The notes under the pieces were generated by a model, which did no database searches, was not told the origin of the DNA, and saw nothing but the letters and a program-made list of their open reading frames with translations. A stretch of 64,000 nt of DNA from a virus. Its lineage: Duplodnaviria > Caudoviricetes. This document shows, piece by piece, positions 10,216 to 20,585 of the stretch (the first letter of the stretch is position 1; every line of letters starts with the position of its first letter). Where the stretch lies: the IMG/VR virus record IMGVR_UViG_3300025316_001101. One strand, given 5' to 3'. A program made the position numbers and the translations under genes.

Positions 10216-11038
10216 ATCTACCTTTATTGATTCTTTGTCTTTTTATTTTATTAAACTGACGAATAGGGTGGCTACAATCTTTCAATGGATGAAAAATAGT
10301 GGCCTCTGGAAAATGTTCTGTCTCTGGATCGATCTCTGGAATCCATCTCATGGGATATTTTCTGTATCTGCCTGCCCAATATGGACCAAGAAACGAATAT
10401 CGTTCATAGTGTGCAAACTCTTCCACCTTACCACCAAAATGATGGGCTAGCGTTGGATATAAATGCTCTACTATATCGTAACCACCCTGTATATCATAAT
10501 CTGGGAAGAATCCGCCCGAAAATGAATTGGTCCAAGTTAAGAATCTATCAAAGAAATTGATTTCTGCAAGCTTTCTAAGAAAATCACCTCGATGGAACAG
10601 GCACGCCCCCAATAGGTATTTACTGCCATCGAACTTAGTTTTCATCATAGCTTCTAATAAAGGAAACTTGATTTTCCCTTCTCGATAATCATTGCCCAAC
10701 ATCCATACGCCTCGTTGAGCGGCACTCTCCAAATCTTCTTTGAACGCCGACGACGTAAAAAGAACATCATATTCGCAAAAACAATACCAATCCATATTGG
10801 GCCATAGTTTCTGAGCATTCATCAAGCCAAACGTAACATTACGATATGGACTCTTTGGTAAATTATGATAAAACCCCTGTAATTTAGCAGCGGGCATTTC
10901 CATATTAGCCGCCCAATCCCAGTGAGCGCCATCCACCATTACCATCACCCTATCGCCCACCCATGTTCTAATAGAATCAAGGGTATCCATGACCACTTCT
11001 GGACCAGTGTGTACGCTTAAAATAGTTGCAATCTTCAT
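10190..11038 (-). CDS. glycosyltransferase-like protein
   Basis: MVDG and EYD motifs, inside glycan island; long ORF 10139-11038 in track. Confidence 0.5.
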
Positions 11039-11071
11039 AGTGTAATAGAGTATAACATACTCAATTACAGT

Positions 11072-12052
11072 ATGAAATATGATATCCTAATGGTAGGTGC
11101 CGGTATTACGACTGCCACCCTTTGCGCCAAACTAAAGCATAAATACAAAATACTTGTAATCGAAACACGTCCATACATAGGAGGTAATTGTGCCGATTCG
11201 AAAATAGGCAATAACTACATCCAATTACACGGATGCCATAATTTCCATACACCTGACGTGTCCATTATAGACTTTCTATCGAAATTTACCACATGGGATG
11301 ATGTCACGTGCTTTAGCGTAACAGGAGAAATAAAACAAAATGGTCAAATCAAAAGAGTGCCGTTTCCATACAGCCAAGAAACAGAAGCGATTACCGGCAC
11401 TCTCAATGAACAAGAAATTATAAACATATTTTTCAAAAGCTATTCACAAAAAATGTGGGGGGCACCATTCGAAATGCTCCCTGAGGTTATACGAAAAAAG
11501 GTTCCAAAGAAAACTGGAGAAAAATCGATATACTTCCCAGGACACATTCGAGTACATCCAACAGATGGATATACAAGAATGATGGAAAAAATGTTCGATG
11601 GCGTAGACATGCTATTAAACGCAGATCCAGATTATTGGAAACACATTCCCGCTGATCATATTTTTTATTCCGGTAGGCCCGATTTGATCGTTGGTGAAAA
11701 ACTGCGATTCCGCAGCGTTAAATTCGAGTGGAGAAACGAAGAATGGGATGCAGATACCATATGCGTCAATTTCTGCCATGATGGCACGCCATATACCAGA
11801 AAAACTAGTTATGGCATGCAATACGGCATAAAATCTAGAATCGTTTCCTATGAAACGCCATACGAAGCCGATGACGAAGTAGATCCGTACTACCCGTATC
11901 CAGAACAAGACTTTGAATCCATAAAGGCCAAAGTGCAGTCCCAATGGCCCAATCTGCGTTTGGTTGGTAGATTAGGCACTATGGAATATATGGATATTTG
12001 GCAGGCAGTATCGGAAACATTGAATATTTCTAAAAATTATCTGCAAAAATGA
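11072..12052 (+). CDS. glf: UDP-galactopyranose mutase
   Basis: VGAG FAD motif, GGNC, HG.H.FH, PYYP, GRLGT.EY.D. Confidence 0.88.
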   Translation: MKYDILMVGAGITTATLCAKLKHKYKILVIETRPYIGGNCADSKIGNNYIQLHGCHNFHTPDVSIIDFLSKFTTWDDVTCFSVTGEIKQNGQIKRVPFPYSQETEAITGTLNEQEIINIFFKSYSQKMWGAPFEMLPEVIRKKVPKKTGEKSIYFPGHIRVHPTDGYTRMMEKMFDGVDMLLNADPDYWKHIPADHIFYSGRPDLIVGEKLRFRSVKFEWRNEEWDADTICVNFCHDGTPYTRKTSYGMQYGIKSRIVSYETPYEADDEVDPYYPYPEQDFESIKAKVQSQWPNLRLVGRLGTMEYMDIWQAVSETLNISKNYLQK

Positions 12053-12085
12053 TCCAATCCTTCCATTATCAAATGGATCAGGTAA

Positions 12086-12835
12086 TTGGCTGTACATTAC
12101 AAGATGCGAGAAAAGAACTCCTGCAATCATACATATTGCATGATTTTATCTCACACAACTCGACAAAAACTACGGGAACAACTTACGCCCACAGCAACGC
12201 CCACCACAAATGGATTTGTCACATTCATTATTCCGTCACTTAATAGACCATCTCTTCACACAGCAATACAATCTCTTTTGCACCAAACAGATCAAAATTG
12301 GAAGTGCATAGTAATTTTCGATGGATTAGATCATGAATTAAAAATATCAGATGCCTTAAAAGATAAAATAAAATTTGTAAATCACGAAAAAATTGGAATT
12401 GCTGGACCGGTAAGAAACGCAGGCTTGCCACTTGTCAATACCGCATGGACTGCATTTCTTGATGATGATGATGTCTTAAAACCAACATATGTATCTTTTC
12501 TCAAACAATATGCAAATGCCGATCCGCAATTAGAAGTAATACATTTTACTATTGAATGGCCTAATGGTTCATTAGAACCAAACCCAAACCAAAGTGTGGA
12601 CATAAATTGTGGAGGAGTGTCTTTCGCTGTCAAAACTTCTTTGATTATAAAACACAATTTACAATTCAACTCTAATCGTTTTGGAGAAGATAGATATTTT
12701 TTCGTACAATGTAGGGATTTGGGAAAATGCCTCGTTACTTATAATCCCCAATATCTTGCTCTAAAAAGATCCGAATGGCGTACCGCTGATAATGCTACCA
12801 CATTACAAATCCATACCCCAATTAAACTTATATGA
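12086..12835 (+). CDS. glycosyltransferase family 2
   Basis: FIIPS, IFDG, FLDDDD; true start may be downstream. Confidence 0.8.
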   Translation: MAVHYKMREKNSCNHTYCMILSHTTRQKLREQLTPTATPTTNGFVTFIIPSLNRPSLHTAIQSLLHQTDQNWKCIVIFDGLDHELKISDALKDKIKFVNHEKIGIAGPVRNAGLPLVNTAWTAFLDDDDVLKPTYVSFLKQYANADPQLEVIHFTIEWPNGSLEPNPNQSVDINCGGVSFAVKTSLIIKHNLQFNSNRFGEDRYFFVQCRDLGKCLVTYNPQYLALKRSEWRTADNATTLQIHTPIKLI

Positions 12836-12844
12836 TTTAGAGAT

Positions 12845-13435
12845 TTATTTATTCGTTCTAAAATAATAATAATAAATTGGTCGTTCTATAAAAGTTTCTT
12901 TTTTCAAAAACGGTAATAGGCGACTAGAATAGTTTTGATCTTCTCCAAATGACACATCTGGAAACCTGACTGCATTGACAAATTCTCTTTTGACCGGATT
13001 CAAATGATTCGGATTTCTGTAATATCTCATCAATTGTGTGGTATCATCATGTTCTTGCCACCAATGATCATACTGAATACTATGTGTAGCATGACCATTA
13101 AAAATATTATCCATATAATACTCTAAAGTAATACCCACCACATCCGGTCTATCTTCTATGGCCTTCAAAATTGATTCTACATAATCGTTTGATACCACAT
13201 CATCATCATCTACATAACAAACATATCTGCCTGTAGATTGACTTAGTAATTTATTTCTTTTGGCTCCTATGCTTATTTTTCTATCATCGCTGTTAACAAT
13301 CAACTCCACACTGGAATGAAGCTGCGGTCTTAAACACTCTTCCAACTTTTGCAAACACGGCTTTCTATCTTCCACCGTACATACTAAAATAGATAATTTT
13401 TTATTACTTATCTTCAACATGGATATTGTTCCCAT
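12845..13435 (-). CDS. glycosyltransferase family 2
   Basis: GAKRN, YVDDDD, GED. Confidence 0.85.
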   Translation of the reverse strand: MGTISMLKISNKKLSILVCTVEDRKPCLQKLEECLRPQLHSSVELIVNSDDRKISIGAKRNKLLSQSTGRYVCYVDDDDVVSNDYVESILKAIEDRPDVVGITLEYYMDNIFNGHATHSIQYDHWWQEHDDTTQLMRYYRNPNHLNPVKREFVNAVRFPDVSFGEDQNYSSRLLPFLKKETFIERPIYYYYFRTNK

Positions 13436-14265
13436 GATTCTAACTTGCGATGCAACCCATCTTCAAATTCTGGCATTACCCATATCTTTGCCCCTTGAGA
13501 TAAAAAGGCTGCCCACATGGCAAAAGTAGATTTCGATAATAATTGCAATTTGAATTTAGACATAAGATATAATGACGTAAGACAACATGACTCATTAATA
13601 ATGAGAATTGTCGCACGTGGCTTTGGTGATAGGGTATTGAAAAATTCACATGCTGCCGTATAGTTATCTGATAAGACATACGCCTTGCTACTCAAGTTGC
13701 ATAAGTATCTAGCAATAATATCTTTATTGCTTTTTCTATTGGTTATATCTACAAAATCTCCACTTGATCCCAATCTTAAATGCATGCAAGGACACGAAAA
13801 ATCTAACGACTCATATTTTTCATCAATGCTGGCTGCAATCTTGCTATTGATTGAAAATGATTTTATTATATTTGGCAATTGCTCCACAAAATCAAAATTC
13901 CAAAACCCACAATTGTATATGTTACGACTATGTTTTTGAAATGAATCAAAATTATAATGACAAACACCATGCTCTATATGTTTATCAAACGGAATTTGAT
14001 ACACAAACTTAATGTTTGGGAAAAACTCTTCAATTGGATATTTTGGAAATAAGTGGCCACCGAACGGCTGATAAATTTTAGGGAAAAATGCCGCTCCTCG
14101 ATACGCCATTAAACCATCGTGAGCTTTGCCCATATCTATAAATGCAACTTCAACTTTGCACCCATTCTGATTGGCTATGTGTATACCATTAGCGATAAGA
14201 CACAAGATGTTGCCAATACCACAATTAAGTATAATAGATACAGACGATTTGACAATTTTTAGCAT
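13414..14265 (-). CDS. GT11-like (alpha-1,2-fucosyltransferase-like) protein
   Basis: GIGN, HLRLG, SD, STFAMWAAFLS. Confidence 0.7.
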   Translation of the reverse strand: MLKIVKSSVSIILNCGIGNILCLIANGIHIANQNGCKVEVAFIDMGKAHDGLMAYRGAAFFPKIYQPFGGHLFPKYPIEEFFPNIKFVYQIPFDKHIEHGVCHYNFDSFQKHSRNIYNCGFWNFDFVEQLPNIIKSFSINSKIAASIDEKYESLDFSCPCMHLRLGSSGDFVDITNRKSNKDIIARYLCNLSSKAYVLSDNYTAACEFFNTLSPKPRATILIINESCCLTSLYLMSKFKLQLLSKSTFAMWAAFLSQGAKIWVMPEFEDGLHRKLESWEQYPC

Positions 14266-14278
14266 ACATATATGTATG
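14263..14278. promoter_or_regulatory. palindromic divergent promoter/start element
   Basis: CATACATATATGTATG is a perfect palindrome containing both start codons. Confidence 0.6.
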
Positions 14279-14944
14279 TATGCCATATCATTCTGCTTGT
14301 GGGGAAACCAATCAAAATATACCGTAGGAGCCATTCGCAATGCCCAATTAGTCTCTAAAATCTATCCTGGTTGGGTTGCCATATTCTACATAGATGATAG
14401 CGTTGACACAACTGTCGTCAACGCCTTAAAAAACCTTAGTGCGCAAGTAATATACGTCCCCATCACGGCTAAGGAAATGATGCCTCCGATGCTATGGAGA
14501 ATATTACCAGCCAATACTCCTGATATAGAAATATTTGTGGTTAGGGATTGTGATTCAAGACTTACCAAAAGAGAAAAGGCTGCGGTGGATGAGTGGTTGG
14601 CATCCAGCAAAGGATTTCATAGTATGCGAGATCATCCTTTGCATACCGCAAAAATAATGGGTGGCATGTGGGGCATGAAACACAATTGCGTTCCCAACAT
14701 CGTAGAATTAGCTATTCAAGCCAATCTTCCTCATCGTCGTAATGCCGACCAGGAGTTCTTAGAAAATCAAATATACCCACTCATCAAAGACAACGTAATG
14801 ATACATGATGAGTTTCACGAAACCAACAAGCCATTTCCCACCAAAAGAATAGGCCGTGCATTCGTAGGAGAGGTAATTGACGAATTTGAACAACCCAGAG
14901 AAGAATCCAGAGCACTAATAAAACCAAAATACATATTGTTATGA
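14276..14944 (+). CDS. conserved glycan-island protein (GT-like)
   Basis: ISFCLWG..KY..GA, RDCDSR, MRDHP.H, GGMWG, DQ.FL. Confidence 0.7.
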   Translation: MYAISFCLWGNQSKYTVGAIRNAQLVSKIYPGWVAIFYIDDSVDTTVVNALKNLSAQVIYVPITAKEMMPPMLWRILPANTPDIEIFVVRDCDSRLTKREKAAVDEWLASSKGFHSMRDHPLHTAKIMGGMWGMKHNCVPNIVELAIQANLPHRRNADQEFLENQIYPLIKDNVMIHDEFHETNKPFPTKRIGRAFVGEVIDEFEQPREESRALIKPKYILL

Positions 14945-15561
14945 TAATATATCATCATCTTGGATTGGGCGACCATTTCATGTGTTACGGATTGGTACGA
15001 CATTTTGCAGAACAAGAAACCATTCAATTGCTTTGTAAAACTCACAATTTACCAACCGTACAACAAATGTATAGCGGTCACAATATAGAACTCATTCCTG
15101 TTGCTGGAGACCAAGAGGCCAATGAACTATTACAAAATTGTTCTGCCATTAAACGAATAGGATTTACAGATACATGCAACACAGGAGATTTTGGAAAAGA
15201 ATTTTATAGACAAGCAGGAATACCATATGACACTAGATGGAAATACAAAATCAACATTTCTCCACCCAAGCTTATTCCGGGCGTAAAAGGTAAAATTATC
15301 ATACATGATAAAAACGAGTTCACAATACACGTAGCAGGCACAAGAATACATCACATTAGTGGCTGGACTCTATTGGATTGGTCGTACTATGTTGAAAACG
15401 CAGAAAAAATATATTGCATCGAAAGCTCAGTAAGACAAATGATAGAGTTCCTAAACCCAAAAGGCGTGCTTTATTTGTATAGCCATAGTGGACCTAAAAA
15501 CATTGCTAGCCGACATGTTTGGAATACATACGCTAACGGCTCCAAACGATTATTTATTTGA
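14941..15561 (+). CDS. hypothetical glycan-island protein
   Basis: HHLGLGD motif. Confidence 0.6.
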   Translation: MIIYHHLGLGDHFMCYGLVRHFAEQETIQLLCKTHNLPTVQQMYSGHNIELIPVAGDQEANELLQNCSAIKRIGFTDTCNTGDFGKEFYRQAGIPYDTRWKYKINISPPKLIPGVKGKIIIHDKNEFTIHVAGTRIHHISGWTLLDWSYYVENAEKIYCIESSVRQMIEFLNPKGVLYLYSHSGPKNIASRHVWNTYANGSKRLFI

Positions 15562-15567
15562 TCGTCA

Positions 15568-16701
15568 CTATGAAACCACCCCTAACCTAAAATCTATAAA
15601 TGAAATCTCTGCTTCTGATTTTTCCACATTGCTTGCTTTCAAACGCTTTCTAATTATGGGATCATTAAATAACACCTTATCCATTTCTTCCGTAATCACG
15701 TCTTGTTGCAATATTTTTAATCCCGCCTGTTCAAACAGCGACTTATACTCCTTCGAAGGATGGGCTATCTTAATCCCATTATCAACCACGCATTGCATTG
15801 ATGCCAACTCTTCGCTGGTGAAAACCATATGCGAATAAGCCTTGTTGAGTTGTTTGTATAAATGACCGCCATGACGTGAGCACCACGGATGACATCGCAT
15901 AATCACAATGGTATTAAATTTCACAACACTTTTTATTTTTAACAGAACATCCTGAACATCGATAACATGATCTATCACATCATATAATAAAATCAAATCA
16001 TATGGAGCTTGCTTCAATACGTCTTCCCAAGAAGTGGTGGCCACATATGCTCCCTCACTAGGCACCCCTGGTGTAACAATATCATATCCCATTGATATTT
16101 GCGCACCGCTTTCAGCCATTTTTTTAGCCACGTGACCCTCTCCACATCCAAAGTCTAAGACTTTCAAATGGGTCAACAGATTCGAATCTCCAACAAACTC
16201 CTCAATAATTGCTATCGCTCTCTCTGTTTTATCTTGCTCAGATGTATCATCACAAATCATGGCAGAGGCTACCGCTTCTGGCCAATCTGATAATTTACTT
16301 TCCAAATATTCTATTTCCTCTATTGCCGATAATGTCTTTCTGCTGTCTTGTGTTCTTATTACTACCGGATCTCCATCGGCAAATTTTATAATTAACTCTA
16401 ATGGAGCACAATCTTCAGAAGAAAACGCCCCCCAAATCCCCTTGGCCTCCTCCGGGACGGGGAAGTTTATCAATACTTTTGCTGGATCATCTGTTGGCAC
16501 CACTACTGCCGACCAACATCTGCCGTGAGGCCATTCATACCACCATCCTGCGGTTCGTTGATCATCAACCGCTCTAATAGTCACCATCCTCGGAAAAGAT
16601 GATATTCCTTCTAATCTTATTTGATAATCTTGCAAATGACCAGTGTCGAGATTATTGGGATTAGTTAATTTTTCGGCTGGTCCTAAAAATAATGCCTGCA
16701 T
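15568..16701 (-). CDS. class I SAM-dependent methyltransferase
   Basis: VLDFGCGEG, YDLILLYDVIDH. Confidence 0.85.
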   Translation of the reverse strand: MQALFLGPAEKLTNPNNLDTGHLQDYQIRLEGISSFPRMVTIRAVDDQRTAGWWYEWPHGRCWSAVVVPTDDPAKVLINFPVPEEAKGIWGAFSSEDCAPLELIIKFADGDPVVIRTQDSRKTLSAIEEIEYLESKLSDWPEAVASAMICDDTSEQDKTERAIAIIEEFVGDSNLLTHLKVLDFGCGEGHVAKKMAESGAQISMGYDIVTPGVPSEGAYVATTSWEDVLKQAPYDLILLYDVIDHVIDVQDVLLKIKSVVKFNTIVIMRCHPWCSRHGGHLYKQLNKAYSHMVFTSEELASMQCVVDNGIKIAHPSKEYKSLFEQAGLKILQQDVITEEMDKVLFNDPIIRKRLKASNVEKSEAEISFIDFRLGVVS

Positions 16702-16757
16702 AATGGTGATCTCCTTATATAACTATATAAAGAATCTAACTCATTTTTTAGTAACAC

Positions 16758-17345
16758 ATGGAAAGAACTCTCCTGGGCGAGGCTCAACATAGCGTAATCG
16801 AGCGATCCATTGCCGATGTTAACCACCTAACTGGCAATACGGCAGAAGTGGGGGTTTACATGGGTGGAGTAAGCAAGTTTATTGCAAATCATTTACCACA
16901 TAAAAAACACTACTGTTTCGATACTTTTACTGGTATACCGAATGCCCAAATAGGAATAGATTCCGACTTACGCAATGGAGAATTTTTTTGCCCTTCTATA
17001 AAAGAAGTCATATCATATCTTTCCGCATCCACCAATATTGTGATTTGCCAAGGTTATTTCCCTAAAACAGCGATTGATATTAAAGACAAATTTTGTTTAG
17101 TTCATATCGATGGCGACACACATCAAACCACAAAGGATAGCTTAGAATTCTTCTATCCAAAAATGGTTGTTGGAGGACTGCTCATTTTTGATGATTGGCA
17201 TGGACCACGTTGCCTCGGTGTGGCAAAAGCGATTACTAAATTTATGGTGAATAAACCCGAACAAATCGTAACATCCGTACCTGCCAGCTTGGGCGGTCAA
17301 TGTATTATTAAAAAGTCCATTAACGTCTCTAAATTCTTCCTATAA
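16758..17345 (+). CDS. TylF/MycF-family O-methyltransferase
   Basis: EVGVY.GG, FDTF.G, HIDGD, FDDW. Confidence 0.85.
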   Translation: MERTLLGEAQHSVIERSIADVNHLTGNTAEVGVYMGGVSKFIANHLPHKKHYCFDTFTGIPNAQIGIDSDLRNGEFFCPSIKEVISYLSASTNIVICQGYFPKTAIDIKDKFCLVHIDGDTHQTTKDSLEFFYPKMVVGGLLIFDDWHGPRCLGVAKAITKFMVNKPEQIVTSVPASLGGQCIIKKSINVSKFFL

Positions 17346-17348
17346 ATA

Positions 17349-17382
17349 AAAAAGCCCACCGGCCGAAGGCCGGTGGGCTTTC
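17349..17382. terminator. bidirectional terminator
   Basis: AAAGCCCACCGGCC-GAA-GGCCGGTGGGCTTT. Confidence 0.8.
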
Positions 17383-17395
17383 ACTAAAGTTTTAC

Positions 17396-18502
17396 CTAGC
17401 TATTGAAAAGACCTTGGTTGCGATCCAAAACTTCTTGGATTTGCCGCAAAGCAACTGTAGCTGCATCGGGATTAATGATGCATTTATCCAAACTGCCATA
17501 ATGGTGCTCAAGACATTCTAAAAGCAGTTGTTTAATTGCATCTTCGTCGGGTGTGTATGGAATAGGCGACGACTCTCGATTATACAAAACTTCCAATTCA
17601 CGCTCCTTCTCCGTGGCCCACTTCATAATGTCATCTTCGGTCACTTCACCACGACGAATGGCCTTGAGATGTTCTCGATTGAGTCGTAAATCAACATCAC
17701 CGGTAGACATAATCTGACCAACTTCGTCTAGCAAACGAACCAAATGATAAGCAAACTTCGTATCAAATTTCTGAGTTTTGACTCGTTCGGCACGTTTAGA
17801 GCCTTCCACCATCTGCTGGTAAAGACTGTGATATTCAGCCAACTCCTCGCCGGTCAAAACACGCAATTCAGAGTCTCCTGTTCTATGACCACCTAAAGCA
17901 CGAAACTCAACTTCAGCTTGAACATCAGTCAGCTTCATCTCATGGGAAATACCATGTTCCTTTTCCCAAGCACGAACCTCATCCAAACCAACATGGCTCT
18001 TGGTCTTGATTTTCCCCATTTGCGCAAATGCATACCCTCGAAAAGTATGCCACACCTTCTTGCTGAGAAAAATCTTGCGACGATCACGAACCATCGTACC
18101 AATTTGCGTTGTGTGTAGAATGCAATCTTGCGGCACATAGAGACTATCAACCATATTTGGATTTCCCCCCATAACCAACTGGAAATATTTTATGATTGAA
18201 TAGATTTGCAAATCGTAATTGCGACCTTTGCCACCCATTTCATCCGGGCAGTCGATGTGGTGCTGTTGAAATTGTTCAAACCGCTTTTTCTGCGTTCCGA
18301 AGCCAAAAATTTCCCCGGCCAAATGCGGGAACACCATACTTTTTGGGGGTACACACCAGCCATAAATATCCATATCAGACGTATCACTAGATACACCGTA
18401 GGCAACCGAACCCATAATCACTTCAAAGTGAACATTATCCGCTAAAAAAGTAGGCGGTCTGATCAACCCCTTATCTTCTAATTTTTTCACTACGCTTGGC
18501 AT
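17396..18502 (-). CDS. pol-beta-type nucleotidyltransferase (Nuc-transf/RlaP-like)
   Basis: GSVAYG..SD.D, NPN, HL.RL motifs. Confidence 0.85.
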   Translation of the reverse strand: MPSVVKKLEDKGLIRPPTFLADNVHFEVIMGSVAYGVSSDTSDMDIYGWCVPPKSMVFPHLAGEIFGFGTQKKRFEQFQQHHIDCPDEMGGKGRNYDLQIYSIIKYFQLVMGGNPNMVDSLYVPQDCILHTTQIGTMVRDRRKIFLSKKVWHTFRGYAFAQMGKIKTKSHVGLDEVRAWEKEHGISHEMKLTDVQAEVEFRALGGHRTGDSELRVLTGEELAEYHSLYQQMVEGSKRAERVKTQKFDTKFAYHLVRLLDEVGQIMSTGDVDLRLNREHLKAIRRGEVTEDDIMKWATEKERELEVLYNRESSPIPYTPDEDAIKQLLLECLEHHYGSLDKCIINPDAATVALRQIQEVLDRNQGLFNS

Positions 18503-18545
18503 TTTGCCTCCTTCAAAACTTTACCATACTGAGACATTCGTATCA

Positions 18546-18575
18546 CATTATACGACAATCCCCGCCGCTTGTAAA
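18546..18575 (-). promoter_or_regulatory. sigma70-like promoter
   Basis: TTTACA-N17-TATAAT. Confidence 0.6.
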
Positions 18576-18578
18576 GCA

Positions 18579-19430
18579 CTAATCTTCCAAGTGCCCCACA
18601 AGCCTTGTAGCATATTCATTGATCTCATTTATGCCCATAAGTAAAAAATCTATTTTGTTCATTTGGCAATAGTTCTTGAGGCCAACTATTTTTTCTTTAT
18701 TATTGCCATAATCCCACAGACTCTTGGGCTTCACCTCAATCATTCGTGGACTTTGCTCACGATAGTACACCATGAAATCTATACGTGTAAATCGCTCAAT
18801 GCCCTCTTTGGTTTTGTATGACACATAGAATTCCTCTAAAGTAAATCTAAAAACACCTTCGTCACTAACTAACAATTCACACAATCTCTTTTCCCAAGAA
18901 GAACGATAAAACACCCTTCCGCACTTATCGCTTTCAAAAAAACCATGCATATGATATTTGTATCGATTACAAGTATTTTTCGAACCCGCTAAACCCCTAC
19001 TCACGTTCTTTCTGAATACTTCTCTATACGCCTCATCTCTTCCATCCCATTGCTGTTGACATCTCAATTTGTGTGCCGCTCGTTTTTTATCATCTGATAA
19101 CAGCGATTGACGAAATGGATTTTTGTCTCCGTTAAAATCAGCATGATTTTCCGACATCACATCCCTAGTCTCTTGATTATGAGCCTTTCCATAGAATGGA
19201 TTATTATCTCCAAGCATACGATCACGATGCTGTAATTTCCACTCCTCCGTATGTTTGAACCCCTTCGGCCTTCCTATAGTCTTTCCAGTAGAATAAAACC
19301 CCTTAAATGTCGTTATTCCCAATTGCTTGATATAATTCCTAATGGTATTTTTGGAACAATCCATTATCTGCATAATTTCAAAAATTGTCTTTTTCTCACC
19401 TACCAGCTTTTTCAACATATTAGTGTCCAT
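18579..19430 (-). CDS. putative homing endonuclease (NUMOD3-like repeats + TnsA-like PD-(D/E)xK)
   Basis: HTEE/HNQE repeats, YRSSWE, IDF..IEVKP. Confidence 0.75.
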   Translation of the reverse strand: MDTNMLKKLVGEKKTIFEIMQIMDCSKNTIRNYIKQLGITTFKGFYSTGKTIGRPKGFKHTEEWKLQHRDRMLGDNNPFYGKAHNQETRDVMSENHADFNGDKNPFRQSLLSDDKKRAAHKLRCQQQWDGRDEAYREVFRKNVSRGLAGSKNTCNRYKYHMHGFFESDKCGRVFYRSSWEKRLCELLVSDEGVFRFTLEEFYVSYKTKEGIERFTRIDFMVYYREQSPRMIEVKPKSLWDYGNNKEKIVGLKNYCQMNKIDFLLMGINEINEYATRLVGHLED

Positions 19431-19516
19431 ACTAATATATAAGCGTAACCATTAAATTTTTCACAATAATTTCCCATCCATTCATATAAATCATACGTAA
19501 CGCACATCCATTGAAC

Positions 19517-19545
19517 TTGACACAAGATTTGAATCATGCTACAAT
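19517..19545 (+). promoter_or_regulatory. sigma70-like promoter
   Basis: TTGACA-N17-TACAAT with TGn. Confidence 0.7.
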
Positions 19546-19551
19546 ATCGTC

Positions 19552-19815
19552 ATGCACCAAATACAAGAAGAACTATTGGAACAACTGGCAGACGAGAATC
19601 CTGAAGCCTTATTAGCCGATGGATTCGAGAATGCTATTCTCGGCATTTGCGAACGATTCGGGCAGCCACCTTTAATAGCTTACGACTACGGCAAATGTAT
19701 TCAAATCCTCATGAAAGACATGACCGAAGAAGAGGCCGTCGAGTATTTTGAATACAATACTCTGGGAGCCTGGGTTGGTGAAAATACACCTGTCTTCGTC
19801 AGAACAATGCCATGA
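19552..19815 (+). CDS. conserved phage hypothetical protein
   Basis: ADGF.AILG...YD..K...A.EYFEYN..GAWVGE.TP. Confidence 0.75.
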   Translation: MHQIQEELLEQLADENPEALLADGFENAILGICERFGQPPLIAYDYGKCIQILMKDMTEEEAVEYFEYNTLGAWVGENTPVFVRTMP

Positions 19816-19952
19816 AAAGACCACCATGTTCTCATCGATGCCGATGGAGATCAGGCCGTAACTGCCAAGCATTTAGCACATTTGGTTTTTCTGCTTGGAT
19901 TAATTTTGCAAGCGGATCAGAGGCGTTTGCCCATTTTTTGTATTTTTCCGAA

Positions 19953-20339
19953 TCATCTAATATCTGGGGATGATTCAGATTCGTAAGAATTTGCAAAAGC
20001 GTCTTTCCAAGACGCTTTTGCCTTTTCCAATGGCTGCCCCCACAGATCATATTTGGGCGGTGGTGGACTCCACCATTTGCCAAAATTAGGATCAATCGGC
20101 TTTTCATCTTTCTTGGGTGGTAGCTTTGGTGCTGGATGGTGAACATCATATCCGTGTCTCAACGCCAAATCGCTTAATGTCCTAAAAGCTTCCGTTATTT
20201 CTTTGAACTTTTTAACGGCTTCTTCAGGATTTTCTGGTCTGCGATCTGGGTGATATCGAAACACCAGATGACGATATGCAGCAGCGACTTCCTCTTGCGT
20301 TGCCGTTCGAGGAATTTCTAATGATTCATAATAGTCCAT
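19953..20339 (-). CDS. DnaJ (J-domain) protein
   Basis: DYY..L, HPD, F.EITEAF..LSD..R..YD. Confidence 0.9.
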   Translation of the reverse strand: MDYYESLEIPRTATQEEVAAAYRHLVFRYHPDRRPENPEEAVKKFKEITEAFRTLSDLALRHGYDVHHPAPKLPPKKDEKPIDPNFGKWWSPPPPKYDLWGQPLEKAKASWKDAFANSYESESSPDIR

Positions 20340-20380
20340 ACAACCTCTCCATGTTTATTTATGGAGAGATTATGTGGAAA

Positions 20381-20569
20381 TTACGCAGCCGGTGTATCAT
20401 CTATTGGAATGATCTTCACTTGAGGGAAGTTACCTTTTTCAGTAACTAAGACTGCCACGCTTAATGTGCAGTTTTCCTCTTTGAGAATTTCATTAATTTT
20501 TTGAATGGTTCGATCCACTCGATTTTGCTGTTCTTCCAACAATAATTTTTTTGCTTCTGATGTATCCAT
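20381..20569 (-). CDS. hypothetical protein
   Basis: 62-aa ORF with late-promoter-like motif. Confidence 0.55.
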   Translation of the reverse strand: MDTSEAKKLLLEEQQNRVDRTIQKINEILKEENCTLSVAVLVTEKGNFPQVKIIPIDDTPAA

Positions 20570-20585
20570 GCCATTATTATAGTGA

